Source: Bacteroidales bacterium (GTDB taxonomy: Bacteria > Bacteroidota > Bacteroidia > Bacteroidales > UBA10428). From it: 64,000 nucleotides of DNA. Under the pieces are notes generated by a model, which was not told the DNA's origin, did not search any database, and saw nothing but the letters and a program-made list of their open reading frames with translations. A program made the translations under genes and the position numbers. Location of the stretch: contig JAFGKY010000021.1 in NCBI GenBank assembly GCA_016928305.1, forward strand, positions 54 through 64,053. Reading direction: 5' to 3'. Each line of letters begins with the position of its first letter. Position 1 is the stretch's first letter. Of this stretch, positions 16,669 through 25,920 are shown piece by piece.

Positions 16669-18258
16669 CTAAAATCCCTTCAATTCCATCGTAACCGTTG
16701 GGATAAGCAGAAGGAAGCCAAGAAGGATGAGGATTAAGACAAAAGGCAATGCCCATCTGAACCATTTTTCATAAGGTATGCGGGCAACTCCCAGAACACC
16801 CATCAACACCGCAGAAGCAGGTGTTATCATGTTGGTGAATCCGTCTCCAAACTGGTATGCCAGGACGGTCGCCTGTCTCGAAAGCCCAACCAGATCGGAA
16901 AAAGGAGCAAATATGGGCATGGTAAGAGCAGCCTTGGCCGACCCTGAGACCAGTATGAGGTTGATACAATTCTGTATGAGGTACATGAATCCAATGGTGG
17001 CTATTTTGCCAAATCCTTTAATCCCTTCGGATAGCATAAATAAAATGGTATCCACTACCTGGCCGTCTTCAAGGATCACAATTATGCCGCCGGCAAGACC
17101 AACAATCAGCGCTGCCGATAAAATATCTTTCACCCCGTCGAGGAAAAGCTTTACGATCTCATCCGGTGTTTTCTTCATTGCAATGCCTGCAAATATACCC
17201 ATGGCAAAGAACAACGTTGCTATTTCCATTATGTACCAGCTGTATCCCATCACGCCCACGATGAGGTACAATACGGTATAACCCAGCAACAGCAAAATAA
17301 AGAAATGCACTGACTTTCGTAAGGCAAAGAAGCCAAGTATCAGAAACAATACGGTGAACAAAGGTATTACCGGAAATCTGAAAGCCGTTGAATTTCCTAT
17401 CTTGAATCCGGTAACCGGCTGAAGGACAGAAAAAACAGTCATGGCGCACAGCAGGATGCCCCAAGTGTACCAGGCTGTTACAGGAGTATAATAGGCAATC
17501 TTTTCATGCGATGCCCTGTCCCTTTCTCTCCAGTATGTATCTTCGGTATACACGGGCGATAATTTCGGATTCTTTTTCACTTTTCGTGCATAACGCACTA
17601 TATAAAGTATTCCTGTCAGGTTGATGACTGTCCAGCACAGTAACCGGTATTCAATTCCTGAAAAAAGAGGCAGTCCTGAAATACCCTGCGCAATTCCTAT
17701 GGTAAACGGATTCAACAATGCTCCGGCAAATCCGAGGCCGGCCGCTACAAATACCATGGATACGCCGGTAATGGAATCATAGCCCATGGATACGGCAAGC
17801 GGAACCAGGATAATGATAAAGGCAATGGTTTCTTCGCTCATTCCGAAAACTGCCCCAAATACACTGAACATCAGCATTATAAGGACAAGAATTATGTTAT
17901 GAACACCGGCTACCCTTAATATCCTGAAGCGTTCGATTCTTTTCGTGAAGGCGATAAATGAAAAAATACCTGCATCGATAGCGCGGCTGCTGTTAACGAT
18001 CCAGAACGCACCGCCGATCATCAGTATGAAAACGATAATACCCGACTGACGGGTGAATCCTTTATAGAATGACGAGAAGATCTGCCACCATTGCTGAACG
18101 TTTTCGGTATAATGGAATACCATTTCCTTTTGTTGGATACCGTTGACCTCGCTTACTTTTTCCTCGAATTTTCCGCCCGGTATTATCCATGTAAGAATGG
18201 CAGCTATGATCAGCAAATAGAATATAATAACAAAGGTGTGGGGAATTTTTTTTAGCAT
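16669..18258 (-). CDS. YfcC family / DcuC-type anaerobic carrier-like membrane transporter
   Basis: 529 aa and highly hydrophobic (more than 10 TMs). The opening MLKKIPHTFVIIFYLLIIAAILTWIIPGGKFE is characteristic of YfcC-family putative amino-acid antiporters. Confidence 0.78.
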   Translation of the reverse strand: MLKKIPHTFVIIFYLLIIAAILTWIIPGGKFEEKVSEVNGIQQKEMVFHYTENVQQWWQIFSSFYKGFTRQSGIIVFILMIGGAFWIVNSSRAIDAGIFSFIAFTKRIERFRILRVAGVHNIILVLIMLMFSVFGAVFGMSEETIAFIIILVPLAVSMGYDSITGVSMVFVAAGLGFAGALLNPFTIGIAQGISGLPLFSGIEYRLLCWTVINLTGILYIVRYARKVKKNPKLSPVYTEDTYWRERDRASHEKIAYYTPVTAWYTWGILLCAMTVFSVLQPVTGFKIGNSTAFRFPVIPLFTVLFLILGFFALRKSVHFFILLLLGYTVLYLIVGVMGYSWYIMEIATLFFAMGIFAGIAMKKTPDEIVKLFLDGVKDILSAALIVGLAGGIIVILEDGQVVDTILFMLSEGIKGFGKIATIGFMYLIQNCINLILVSGSAKAALTMPIFAPFSDLVGLSRQATVLAYQFGDGFTNMITPASAVLMGVLGVARIPYEKWFRWALPFVLILILLGFLLLIPTVTMELKGF

Positions 18259-18354
18259 AGGATAACGTATATATAATTAAGGTACTAAAATAGGTGAAAA
18301 GTTTAATATGTTGTAATGCCTGCCGGCGAGGCAGGGTTGTAATGGTTACAGGGA

Positions 18355-18451
18355 TTGTTCATAATGACAATTTTTCATCCTCGTCTCTCGAGACGAACCA
18401 GGGCATGTTTATGAATATTGTTGTTCATATTGACAATCTTTCATCCCTGTC
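18355..18451 (+). repeat. 31-nt direct repeat pair (27/31 identical), 66 nt apart
   Basis: ttgttcataatgacaatttttcatcctcgtc (18355-18385) versus ttgttcatattgacaatctttcatccctgtc (18421-18451). Further TGTTCAT/ATGAACA motifs lie nearby. Confidence 0.85.
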
Positions 18452-18464
18452 CCCCCTGTTCCTT

Positions 18465-18503
18465 ACTTGTCACTCGTCACTTGTCACTTGTCACTCGTCA
18501 CTT
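18465..18503 (+). repeat. Tandem heptamer array ACTYGTC x5.5
   Basis: acttgtc actcgtc acttgtc acttgtc actcgtc actt. Confidence 0.9.
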
Positions 18504-18754
18504 CCTTTAATAGCATATTCATCACCGTTAGCGGCGAGTAATGACGAAAGGGTGAATTTCATGGATGAACATATCGAATGTATTTATGAACGGTACGAAT
18601 AATGATTTTAACGTATGCATATATACCAAAATACCGCTATTATGGATGCCTTTGTATATATATTCCAGTAAAAATTATATTATTACATTGTAATATTCAA
18701 TTATTCAACCTGTTAACAAAATTATCTTATATTTTATTTTTTGTTTTTTTTTTA

Positions 18755-18762
18755 TAGATTTG
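18755..18762 (+). promoter_or_regulatory. Candidate -7 box TAGATTTG preceded by a T10 tract
   Basis: Matches TAnnTTTG, 78 nt upstream of the susC ATG (18840). The T10 homopolymer (18744-18753) ends one base (a at 18754) before the box. Confidence 0.45.
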
Positions 18763-18839
18763 ATTAGATGAATAATTTTATGGAGTTATTGTTCATCGGA
18801 ATAATTTGTTAACCTATTATAAACCTAAAATTTCGATTT

Positions 18840-21800
18840 ATGAAAAGAATTACGAGCATGCTTGTATGCCTGTTGCTGTTTGGCATAATGGCCATTAATG
18901 CGCAGGACATACAAATCAGGGGAAAAATTATCAGCGCAGAGGATGGCAATCCGTTGCCGGGCGTGTCTGTTGTTATAAAGGGCACCCTGACTGGAATTGC
19001 TACCGACGTGGATGGTAATTTTGCCATGACTGTCCCTTCCGATGCTACACTTGTGATCAGTTCTGTGGGTTATAAATCACAGGAGATTGCAGTTGCCGGG
19101 CAGACTGTAATAAACCTCTCATTGGAAATTGAAGTCCAGGAAGTTGATGAGATTATTGTTACAGCGTTAGGGATTCAAAAAGAGAAAAAATCCATTGGTT
19201 ATGCAGTGCAGGAGGTTGATGGGGAATCTCTTGCAAAGGCCAGGGAAACTAATGTGATGAATTCGCTTTCCGGTAAAGTTGCAGGGGTGAACATCACATC
19301 GAGTTCCGGTGCTGTAGGAGCTTCCACGCGTGTTGAATTAAGAGGTTCATCCTCATTAACGGGAAGTAACCAGCCGCTTTATGTTGTTGACGGAATTCCT
19401 CTTGATAATTCGAATTATTCCAATGTAACAAGTGGCGGTGGGTTTGACACACCAAACGGAATTGCCGATATGAATCCTGACGATATTGAGTCGGTTACCG
19501 TTCTCAAAGGCCCCGTGGCTGCGGCATTATACGGCGTACGTGCTGCCAACGGTGTCATCCAGGTTACCACGAAAAAAGGTAAAGCCAGCAAGGCTATTGG
19601 AGTTACAATCAATCACACAACAACTTTTGATCAACCCCTTGTAATACCTTCCTTCCAGAATTCATACGGGCAGGGACCCGATAAAGACTTTTTCTACTGG
19701 GCAGACGGAACAACCGATGATGGAGGTGTTGATGAAAGCTGGGGTCCTCCGCTCGACAGGGGGCTTTATTTCACCCAGTGGAACTCTTATACTGTCGACG
19801 GTGCAGCTTTGCCATGGGTATCGCAACCCGATAATGTAAAGAATTTCTATGACCTGGGAGTTACCCATAATACGAACGTATCTTTTACAGGAGGCGGTGA
19901 AAAAGCAGCCTACCGTATGTCAATGGGTTATATGGATCAGAAGGGTATCATTCCCGGATCCAATATGAAAAGATATACGATAAACGGTAGCGCTTCGTAT
20001 AACTTTACCCCAAAGCTATCCGCAGGGCTGACGATTAATTATACAAAAAATTACAGCGATCAGTTGCCGGAAGTCGGATATACCGATGAAAACCCGATCC
20101 AGCAGACAATCTGGTCGGGCAGGAACGTTGATTTTGAAGCGTTGAAAGATTATGAAAACCTTCCGCTGTCACCTGAAAATACGCCTGCCGCAGGTACTCC
20201 GATCAACTGGAACACACAATTTCAGAATAATCCGTATTGGGTACTGGATAATAATAAGAATGGTCTGGATAAAGACAGAATTGTCGGCGGTGTGAACGTT
20301 GGTTATAAGTTTGCCAGCTTTTTGTCGGCCACAGTTAAAACAAGCATTGACCAGTATTCACAGGAAACCACCATTAGGAAGGCCATCGGAACCAACAGCT
20401 CGCCTGATGGTTATTATGCCGAGCATTCAAGAAGGTACATGGAGTCCAACTCGGAATTGATGATCTCCTTTAACAAAGCCCTGGGTTCATACTTTAATTT
20501 GAGTTTGAATGTGGCAGGTAATGTGATGTACCGCAAATATACGCGGGTTAGTGGAGTTGCACCACAGCTGGAGCTGCCCGAACTGTATACACTGGCTAAC
20601 GTTAAAGCAGGTGCCACAACGGAGTTGTCAAATTTCTTTGAAGAAGAAATGATCAACAGTATCTATGGTTTTGGCGCTGTCTCATTCAAGAATGCGCTCT
20701 TCCTGGAATTTACAGGACGCAATGACTGGGCCAGTGTACTGCCTGTTGATAACAACTCATTCTTTTATCCTTCGGTGAATTTGAGTGTTGTCTGGACCGA
20801 TCTTTTCAATTTCAGCTCCAATGCATTCAGTTTCTTTAAGACAAGGGCAGGATGGTCGAAAGTGGGTAGTGTGGGTATCCTTGCTCCCTATGCACTCGAA
20901 CAAACCTATGCCTATCTCGATGAGAAATACGGCGATATATCCAGAATATATAACCCGGATGTATTAAGTAATCCCGATATTAAACCGGAATCAAAAACCG
21001 CTATTGAAGTAGGTCTTGAACTCCGCTTTTTGTCCGACAGGATTCAGCTGGATGCAACCGGTTACCACATGAAAAGCTCGGATTTAATTGTTGAAGCTGA
21101 AATATCGGCAGCCTCCGGGTATGTTTATGCGTACAAAAATATTGGCGAAATGACCAATATGGGAATAGAGGCTTTACTTGGTGTCACAGCCGTAAAAACA
21201 AAAGATTTCCGTGTTGATCTGAAGCTTAACTATTATAAAAACATAAATGAAGTCACCTCATTGGGCGGTTTGGACGCTTTGATTTTAGGAGGACAATGGG
21301 ACACGGATGTTAAGGCCATTGAAGGAGAACCCTATGGTGTTATCTTTGGCCCCGGTTACCTGAAAAATGATGATGGAGAAATCATCCATGTAGATGGTCT
21401 GCCACAGAGGGATCCGGACTACCGTATCCTGGGCAATTATCAGCCTGACTGGAGAGGTGGCGTCATTCTCGATGTGTCCTATAAAAATATATCGTTAAGT
21501 ACAACCTTCGATGGTAAATTCGGAGGCGACGTCTATTCCATGACCACAACATGGGGACGCTATGCAGGTGTGCTCGAAGAAACCCTGCTTGGCCGCGAAA
21601 CCGGCTTTGTCGGTGATGGTGTCAAACTGGCTGCTGACGGAGTAACTTACGTACCCAATGATGTGGTTGTTTCATCCAAAAGATATAACCAGACAGCTTT
21701 CGATAACACCATTGCTGAAGGTTCTGTGTTCGATGCGTCCTTTATTAAATGGCGCGAATTGATCCTGACTTTCCAGCTACCATCAAAAGTATTGGCTTCT

Positions 21801-21980
21801 ACACCCCTTAAAGGAATCTCACTTTCACTGGTTGGGAGGAATTTAGCCATACTGTACAAGAATATTCCGCATGTTGATCCTGAAGTGGCATTTTCCGCTG
21901 AAAACGACTATTTAGGAATGGAGTTCGGGACAGTTCCTTCAACACGGAGTTTGGGATTTAATATCAATATCAATTTTTAA
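18840..21980 (+). CDS. SusC/RagA family TonB-linked outer membrane protein
   Basis: 1046 aa. IRGKIISAEDGNPLPGVSVVIKG (CarbopepD_reg-like), EIIVTALGIQKEKKSIGYA, VTVLKGPVAAALYGVRAANGVIQVTTKKG (plug). C-terminal barrel ends ...NININF. Confidence 0.93.
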   Translation: MKRITSMLVCLLLFGIMAINAQDIQIRGKIISAEDGNPLPGVSVVIKGTLTGIATDVDGNFAMTVPSDATLVISSVGYKSQEIAVAGQTVINLSLEIEVQEVDEIIVTALGIQKEKKSIGYAVQEVDGESLAKARETNVMNSLSGKVAGVNITSSSGAVGASTRVELRGSSSLTGSNQPLYVVDGIPLDNSNYSNVTSGGGFDTPNGIADMNPDDIESVTVLKGPVAAALYGVRAANGVIQVTTKKGKASKAIGVTINHTTTFDQPLVIPSFQNSYGQGPDKDFFYWADGTTDDGGVDESWGPPLDRGLYFTQWNSYTVDGAALPWVSQPDNVKNFYDLGVTHNTNVSFTGGGEKAAYRMSMGYMDQKGIIPGSNMKRYTINGSASYNFTPKLSAGLTINYTKNYSDQLPEVGYTDENPIQQTIWSGRNVDFEALKDYENLPLSPENTPAAGTPINWNTQFQNNPYWVLDNNKNGLDKDRIVGGVNVGYKFASFLSATVKTSIDQYSQETTIRKAIGTNSSPDGYYAEHSRRYMESNSELMISFNKALGSYFNLSLNVAGNVMYRKYTRVSGVAPQLELPELYTLANVKAGATTELSNFFEEEMINSIYGFGAVSFKNALFLEFTGRNDWASVLPVDNNSFFYPSVNLSVVWTDLFNFSSNAFSFFKTRAGWSKVGSVGILAPYALEQTYAYLDEKYGDISRIYNPDVLSNPDIKPESKTAIEVGLELRFLSDRIQLDATGYHMKSSDLIVEAEISAASGYVYAYKNIGEMTNMGIEALLGVTAVKTKDFRVDLKLNYYKNINEVTSLGGLDALILGGQWDTDVKAIEGEPYGVIFGPGYLKNDDGEIIHVDGLPQRDPDYRILGNYQPDWRGGVILDVSYKNISLSTTFDGKFGGDVYSMTTTWGRYAGVLEETLLGRETGFVGDGVKLAADGVTYVPNDVVVSSKRYNQTAFDNTIAEGSVFDASFIKWRELILTFQLPSKVLASTPLKGISLSLVGRNLAILYKNIPHVDPEVAFSAENDYLGMEFGTVPSTRSLGFNININF

Positions 21981-22000
21981 TCAATTAGATACTTACGACA

Positions 22001-23440
22001 ATGAAGTATATAAAACTTTTAATATCGATAATCCTGGTAGGGTCACTGTTCATAGTGAGCTGTGATGAAACGTTTGAAGAGATGAATAAAAATCCAAACG
22101 AACCTACCTCGGTACCCTCAGGGTTGCTAACTACGAATATAATGGCCTATATCGGTAATTATACATACAGCACCTTCTGGGGCGGTGATATGGGATCCTG
22201 CTGGTCACAGCAATGGGCCAAAGTGAATTACGAAGACGAAGAAAGATATAAGGTTCGTCAGAGCGTAATTGAAGGATATTGCTGGAAAGGCATCTATGAA
22301 GATGTTATTGCTGATGCAAAATCGATGGAAAAACTTGCCATTGATGAAGGTAATAAAGTAAATCAGGGAGTAGCCCTTGTTCTTCAGGCTTATGGTTTTT
22401 CAATTTTAACCGAGATGTTTGGTGATGTACCTTTCACAGAAGCCGGACAGGGTGAAGAAGGTGTTATTACACCCAAATATGATGGTCAGGAATCAATATA
22501 CGACGGACTGTTTGCTATGCTCGATCAGGCCGAATCGTTAATTGCATCGGGTGATGGAAGCATAAATGCCAGCACCGACCTGATCTATGGAGGCAATGCC
22601 ACAAGATGGCGCAAGTTTGCTAATTCCTTAAAATTCAGATTGTTGATGCGAATATCGCACAAGAAAGATGTTTCCGCCGATTTACAGGCTGTCGCAGGTC
22701 GCCCGCTATTTTCTTCCATGAGCGATGATGCCGGGATCAGGTATCTTAGTGCTTCTCCGAGTGCCAATCCTATGTATGAGTCCATTGTTTATGGGGCACG
22801 TTTTGAGTATAAAATTAACAGCGTGATGGTGGATATGTTAGATAACCTAAACGATCCGCGTTTGCCTGTTTATGCTCAGCCAAACAGCAATGGAGAATAC
22901 AGGGGAAAGCCAGCCGGTATTGAAGAAGTCCCGAATGACGATTACAATTATGATAATGTTTCTGCTATCGGTGAATTATACCTGGAACCGGATTTCCCGG
23001 GTTTTCTGATGACCTATTCAGAATTGATGTTTTTGATGGCTGAAGCGGCTCATAAGGGGTATATTTCGGGTGGTACGGCTGCAGCGACAATATATTATAA
23101 TAAAGGTATTGAGGCATCCTTTGCCTTTAACGGGGTAAGTGATGGTTTTGCGGCTTACATCGCTCAGAATTCTATTGCTTATACCGAGGCATCCGGTCTG
23201 CAGAAGATTGCCGAGCAAAACTGGATCGCCCTGTTCTGCCAGGGACAGGAATCATGGACCGAATGGAGAAGGACCGGTTATCCTGTTTTATCACCTGCCA
23301 TCGATGCTGTTGTTAGCGAAATACCTTCGCGCTTGAACTATCCGACCATCGAACAGTCTGTTAATGCAACAAGCTGGGCAGCTGCCAAAGCAGCAATGGG
23401 CGGTGATGATTTAACAACCAAATTCTGGTGGTTGCAGTAA
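22001..23440 (+). CDS. SusD-like (SusD/RagB family) lipoprotein
   Basis: Lipobox LFIVSC followed by EEMNKNPNEPT. TYSELMFLMAEAAHKGY and QNWIALFCQGQESWTEWRRTGYP are typical of the short SusD-like_2/3 class. Confidence 0.9.
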   Translation: MKYIKLLISIILVGSLFIVSCDETFEEMNKNPNEPTSVPSGLLTTNIMAYIGNYTYSTFWGGDMGSCWSQQWAKVNYEDEERYKVRQSVIEGYCWKGIYEDVIADAKSMEKLAIDEGNKVNQGVALVLQAYGFSILTEMFGDVPFTEAGQGEEGVITPKYDGQESIYDGLFAMLDQAESLIASGDGSINASTDLIYGGNATRWRKFANSLKFRLLMRISHKKDVSADLQAVAGRPLFSSMSDDAGIRYLSASPSANPMYESIVYGARFEYKINSVMVDMLDNLNDPRLPVYAQPNSNGEYRGKPAGIEEVPNDDYNYDNVSAIGELYLEPDFPGFLMTYSELMFLMAEAAHKGYISGGTAAATIYYNKGIEASFAFNGVSDGFAAYIAQNSIAYTEASGLQKIAEQNWIALFCQGQESWTEWRRTGYPVLSPAIDAVVSEIPSRLNYPTIEQSVNATSWAAAKAAMGGDDLTTKFWWLQ

Positions 23441-23464
23441 TTCAAAACGCTAAAAACATATAAC

Positions 23465-24391
23465 ATGAAAAAGATATTTAATTTATTATTTGTATTACTG
23501 ATCATCTCACCGGCCATATTGCTTATGCAATGTGATTCTGAAGATGATCTGGTTACCGAAAATGCCAAGGAAGGGGGGCTTGTTGATATGCTTACGCCTT
23601 CCATGAACTATGTGGTGAATAGCGGCAAAGCCTATTCATTTAGTATGTTTGTGTATCAGGGAGAAGTTAAGACCCGGAAATTGCATATTTACCGGTCATT
23701 TTACAAGTCTCCTACCGATAGTACCGCTGCTGTGTATTCGAATGAACTAGAGGATGCCTCCATCGATATTACAAGCACCGTTAACAATACTGTTGTTTCG
23801 AACGGGTATTATTATGCCGACCTGATCAACGGGTTGACATTAAATGGTCAGCCCCTACCAGCTTCAGACCTTGATTTGTCCATTGGCGACAGATTCTGGT
23901 TCAGAATTGTATCGGAGCTGTCTGACGGAAGGACGGTTGAACAGTCTGTTAAGGTTTCTTTAACGGTTTCGACACGTTATGCCGGTACCTATAAGTTTAT
24001 TGAGGGAATATACTATAGAATTGGTGTATTGACCGACCAGGGCTCCTATTGGGATCCTGAATATGTTATTGAATCGGTTGATGCGATTACCTATAAAATG
24101 ATTGGTATGTGTGCATGGCCCGATAATGTATTATACTTCCAGATTGATGCTGCGGGTAAAATTACCTATCCTCTTAAATGGGATGGCGCCGACCAGCTGT
24201 TAAATGACGCACCTCTCATTACCTGTGTTGATAATCCTACCGATATGACAAACGTGTATTGCAGCAGTTCCGATTACGTCATCAATGATGATGTCGGAGG
24301 CAAGGACAGACTGGTGATGTCATTCGGCTATTACACCTCAGGCTCCGGGCCCAGAGAATTCTATCAGGTTCTGGAAAAGATTGTACAATAG
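23465..24391 (+). CDS. Hypothetical PUL-encoded lipoprotein (candidate surface glycan-binding protein)
   Basis: 308 aa with lipobox ILLMQC. No recognisable catalytic motif. Its position directly after susD is typical of SGBPs. Confidence 0.5.
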   Translation: MKKIFNLLFVLLIISPAILLMQCDSEDDLVTENAKEGGLVDMLTPSMNYVVNSGKAYSFSMFVYQGEVKTRKLHIYRSFYKSPTDSTAAVYSNELEDASIDITSTVNNTVVSNGYYYADLINGLTLNGQPLPASDLDLSIGDRFWFRIVSELSDGRTVEQSVKVSLTVSTRYAGTYKFIEGIYYRIGVLTDQGSYWDPEYVIESVDAITYKMIGMCAWPDNVLYFQIDAAGKITYPLKWDGADQLLNDAPLITCVDNPTDMTNVYCSSSDYVINDDVGGKDRLVMSFGYYTSGSGPREFYQVLEKIVQ

Positions 24392-24408
24392 GTTAAAAAC
24401 TTTGAAAC

Positions 24409-25782
24409 ATGAAAGATATATTTAAATTACATTATTGCATATTATTAGCATTCTTGTTAATAATTGGATGCGAAACAGAGGATTTTACGGATTACAGTAC
24501 CCTTACGCCGACAAGTCCGACTGTCTCCATAACCGGTCCTACAAGTATCAATGTTGTTGAAATGGATACTTCAGTGTACTTCGATGTGGCCCTGTCCGTT
24601 GCCCAGGTGGTGGACGTTGTCATTTATGTTTCCCAGGTGAGTGGTGATGCAACCGAAGGAGAGGATTATGAAATCCTTAATGACGGAAACAGCGTTACCA
24701 TTCCTGCCGGTTCTACCACAGGAAAAATCGGTATCCAGGTTATGGCTGATGCTGACGTTGAAGGCACGGAAACCTGTGTTATCCAGATAGGCGACAACCG
24801 GACGGGAAATGTTAGTTTAACGCCTCTGCAGGTTACATTTACAATCGGGAATTTAACTGCCGATGACCTTACGGTGGATTTCAGCTGGGAAACCGATGTG
24901 GCTGATGCCATCGGACTGGATCTGGACCCCGATGATGTTGTTGATTTAAGGTTGCTCATCGTAGATGCCGCAGGAAATATTGTCGGCGCCGAGGATGGAG
25001 CTTCCTTTGAAACCTACAGTGATTTTAGCACACTTCCGGATGGTACCTATCTGATAGCTACAGACATTTATGCCACAATCGATGCGGGGGATTTCAATGA
25101 ACCAGTTACATTAAGTCTTGCTCTTGAGTTTAATCAGACCGGTGTGATAAATGAAGAGTTACTTGATTTCCCCGACGAAATGACCAATGAATACGTTGGC
25201 GAAATTCACAGGAATTACCTGGCTACCGTTGTGAAATCAGGTTCAAGTTATACATTTGAAAAAAACACATTCAGTGAGTGGATTGGCTTTACCCTTGATG
25301 ACCTGGTTGGTACCTGGTCAGGTTTGGACGATGTTGAATCCGAATCACCGAGTCAGATTGTGACAACACTTGAGGATGATACCCTGCGCATGGTTGGTAT
25401 CGGCTGCCCATGGATGACCGGTTTCTGGGGAGAAGATATCATTGACAGTGCGGTTCTTGCGGTGGAAGTTGATCTGAAGGCAGGTGAAATTACCATCCCT
25501 GAACAGTATTATTTTACAACCACGTATGAAGGTGAGGAACAACCTGCTTACAATATTGTCGGTTCCGGTACCATTAATTTCAGCGATTATACGATGGTAA
25601 TAGAATACACCTTTATCCAGGATGGATGGGATCCGGTTCAGTGGTGTTTCGACAACGGCTATATGGGATACAATAAGATTGTTGCAGAAGTTTCTCTTGA
25701 TGAAGAAACAGCAGGGAAGATAGCCAGCAGAAGAGGAGACAGTACTCCCAGGAAACCGCTGACTGCAAAACCCAGCAGGTAA
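24409..25782 (+). CDS. Hypothetical lipoprotein with an N-terminal Calx-beta-like domain
   Basis: Lipobox LIIGC. GDATEGEDYEILNDGNSVTIPAGSTTGKIGIQVMADADVEGTETCVIQIG fits the Calx-beta pattern (DY...v.i.aG....i.i.i..D...E..E.f...l). The rest is acidic and unassignable. Confidence 0.55.
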   Translation: MKDIFKLHYCILLAFLLIIGCETEDFTDYSTLTPTSPTVSITGPTSINVVEMDTSVYFDVALSVAQVVDVVIYVSQVSGDATEGEDYEILNDGNSVTIPAGSTTGKIGIQVMADADVEGTETCVIQIGDNRTGNVSLTPLQVTFTIGNLTADDLTVDFSWETDVADAIGLDLDPDDVVDLRLLIVDAAGNIVGAEDGASFETYSDFSTLPDGTYLIATDIYATIDAGDFNEPVTLSLALEFNQTGVINEELLDFPDEMTNEYVGEIHRNYLATVVKSGSSYTFEKNTFSEWIGFTLDDLVGTWSGLDDVESESPSQIVTTLEDDTLRMVGIGCPWMTGFWGEDIIDSAVLAVEVDLKAGEITIPEQYYFTTTYEGEEQPAYNIVGSGTINFSDYTMVIEYTFIQDGWDPVQWCFDNGYMGYNKIVAEVSLDEETAGKIASRRGDSTPRKPLTAKPSR

Positions 25783-25813
25783 TTTTATTCGTATCTGAAT
25801 ACATAGAAATTAA

Positions 25814-25843
25814 GGACCGGAGATTTTCTCCGGTCCTTTTTTT
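25814..25843 (+). terminator. Rho-independent terminator
   Basis: ggaccggaga-ttt-tctccggtcc forms a perfect 9-10 bp stem followed by T7. It lies 32 nt after the stop at 25782. Confidence 0.85.
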
Positions 25844-25877
25844 ATTCGCTCATTTTTATTAATCCCCGTTTTTTTAA

Positions 25878-25885
25878 TAGTTTTG
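25878..25885 (+). promoter_or_regulatory. Candidate -7 box TAGTTTTG
   Basis: Matches TAnnTTTG, 36 nt upstream of the susC ATG (25921) and downstream of the terminator. This implies a separate transcription unit. Confidence 0.5.
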
Positions 25886-25920
25886 AGCAATATTGCAGGC
25901 TGTTTCCTGTTATCCAAATT

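Noticed and set aside
15494-16765. The full 423-aa track ORF as the glucosaminidase CDS.
   Set aside because: The first 89 codons translate the heptamer array (FTFHCSLFTVHFSLF) and overlap the 3' end of yfcC. A signal peptide begins at the internal Met (16498), and a -7 box lies at 16526-16533.
18294-18602. A 102-aa ORF in the yfcC/susC intergenic region.
   Set aside because: It is a translation of the direct repeats and the ACTYGTC array (LTCHSSLVTCHSSL). It has low complexity and no domain signal.
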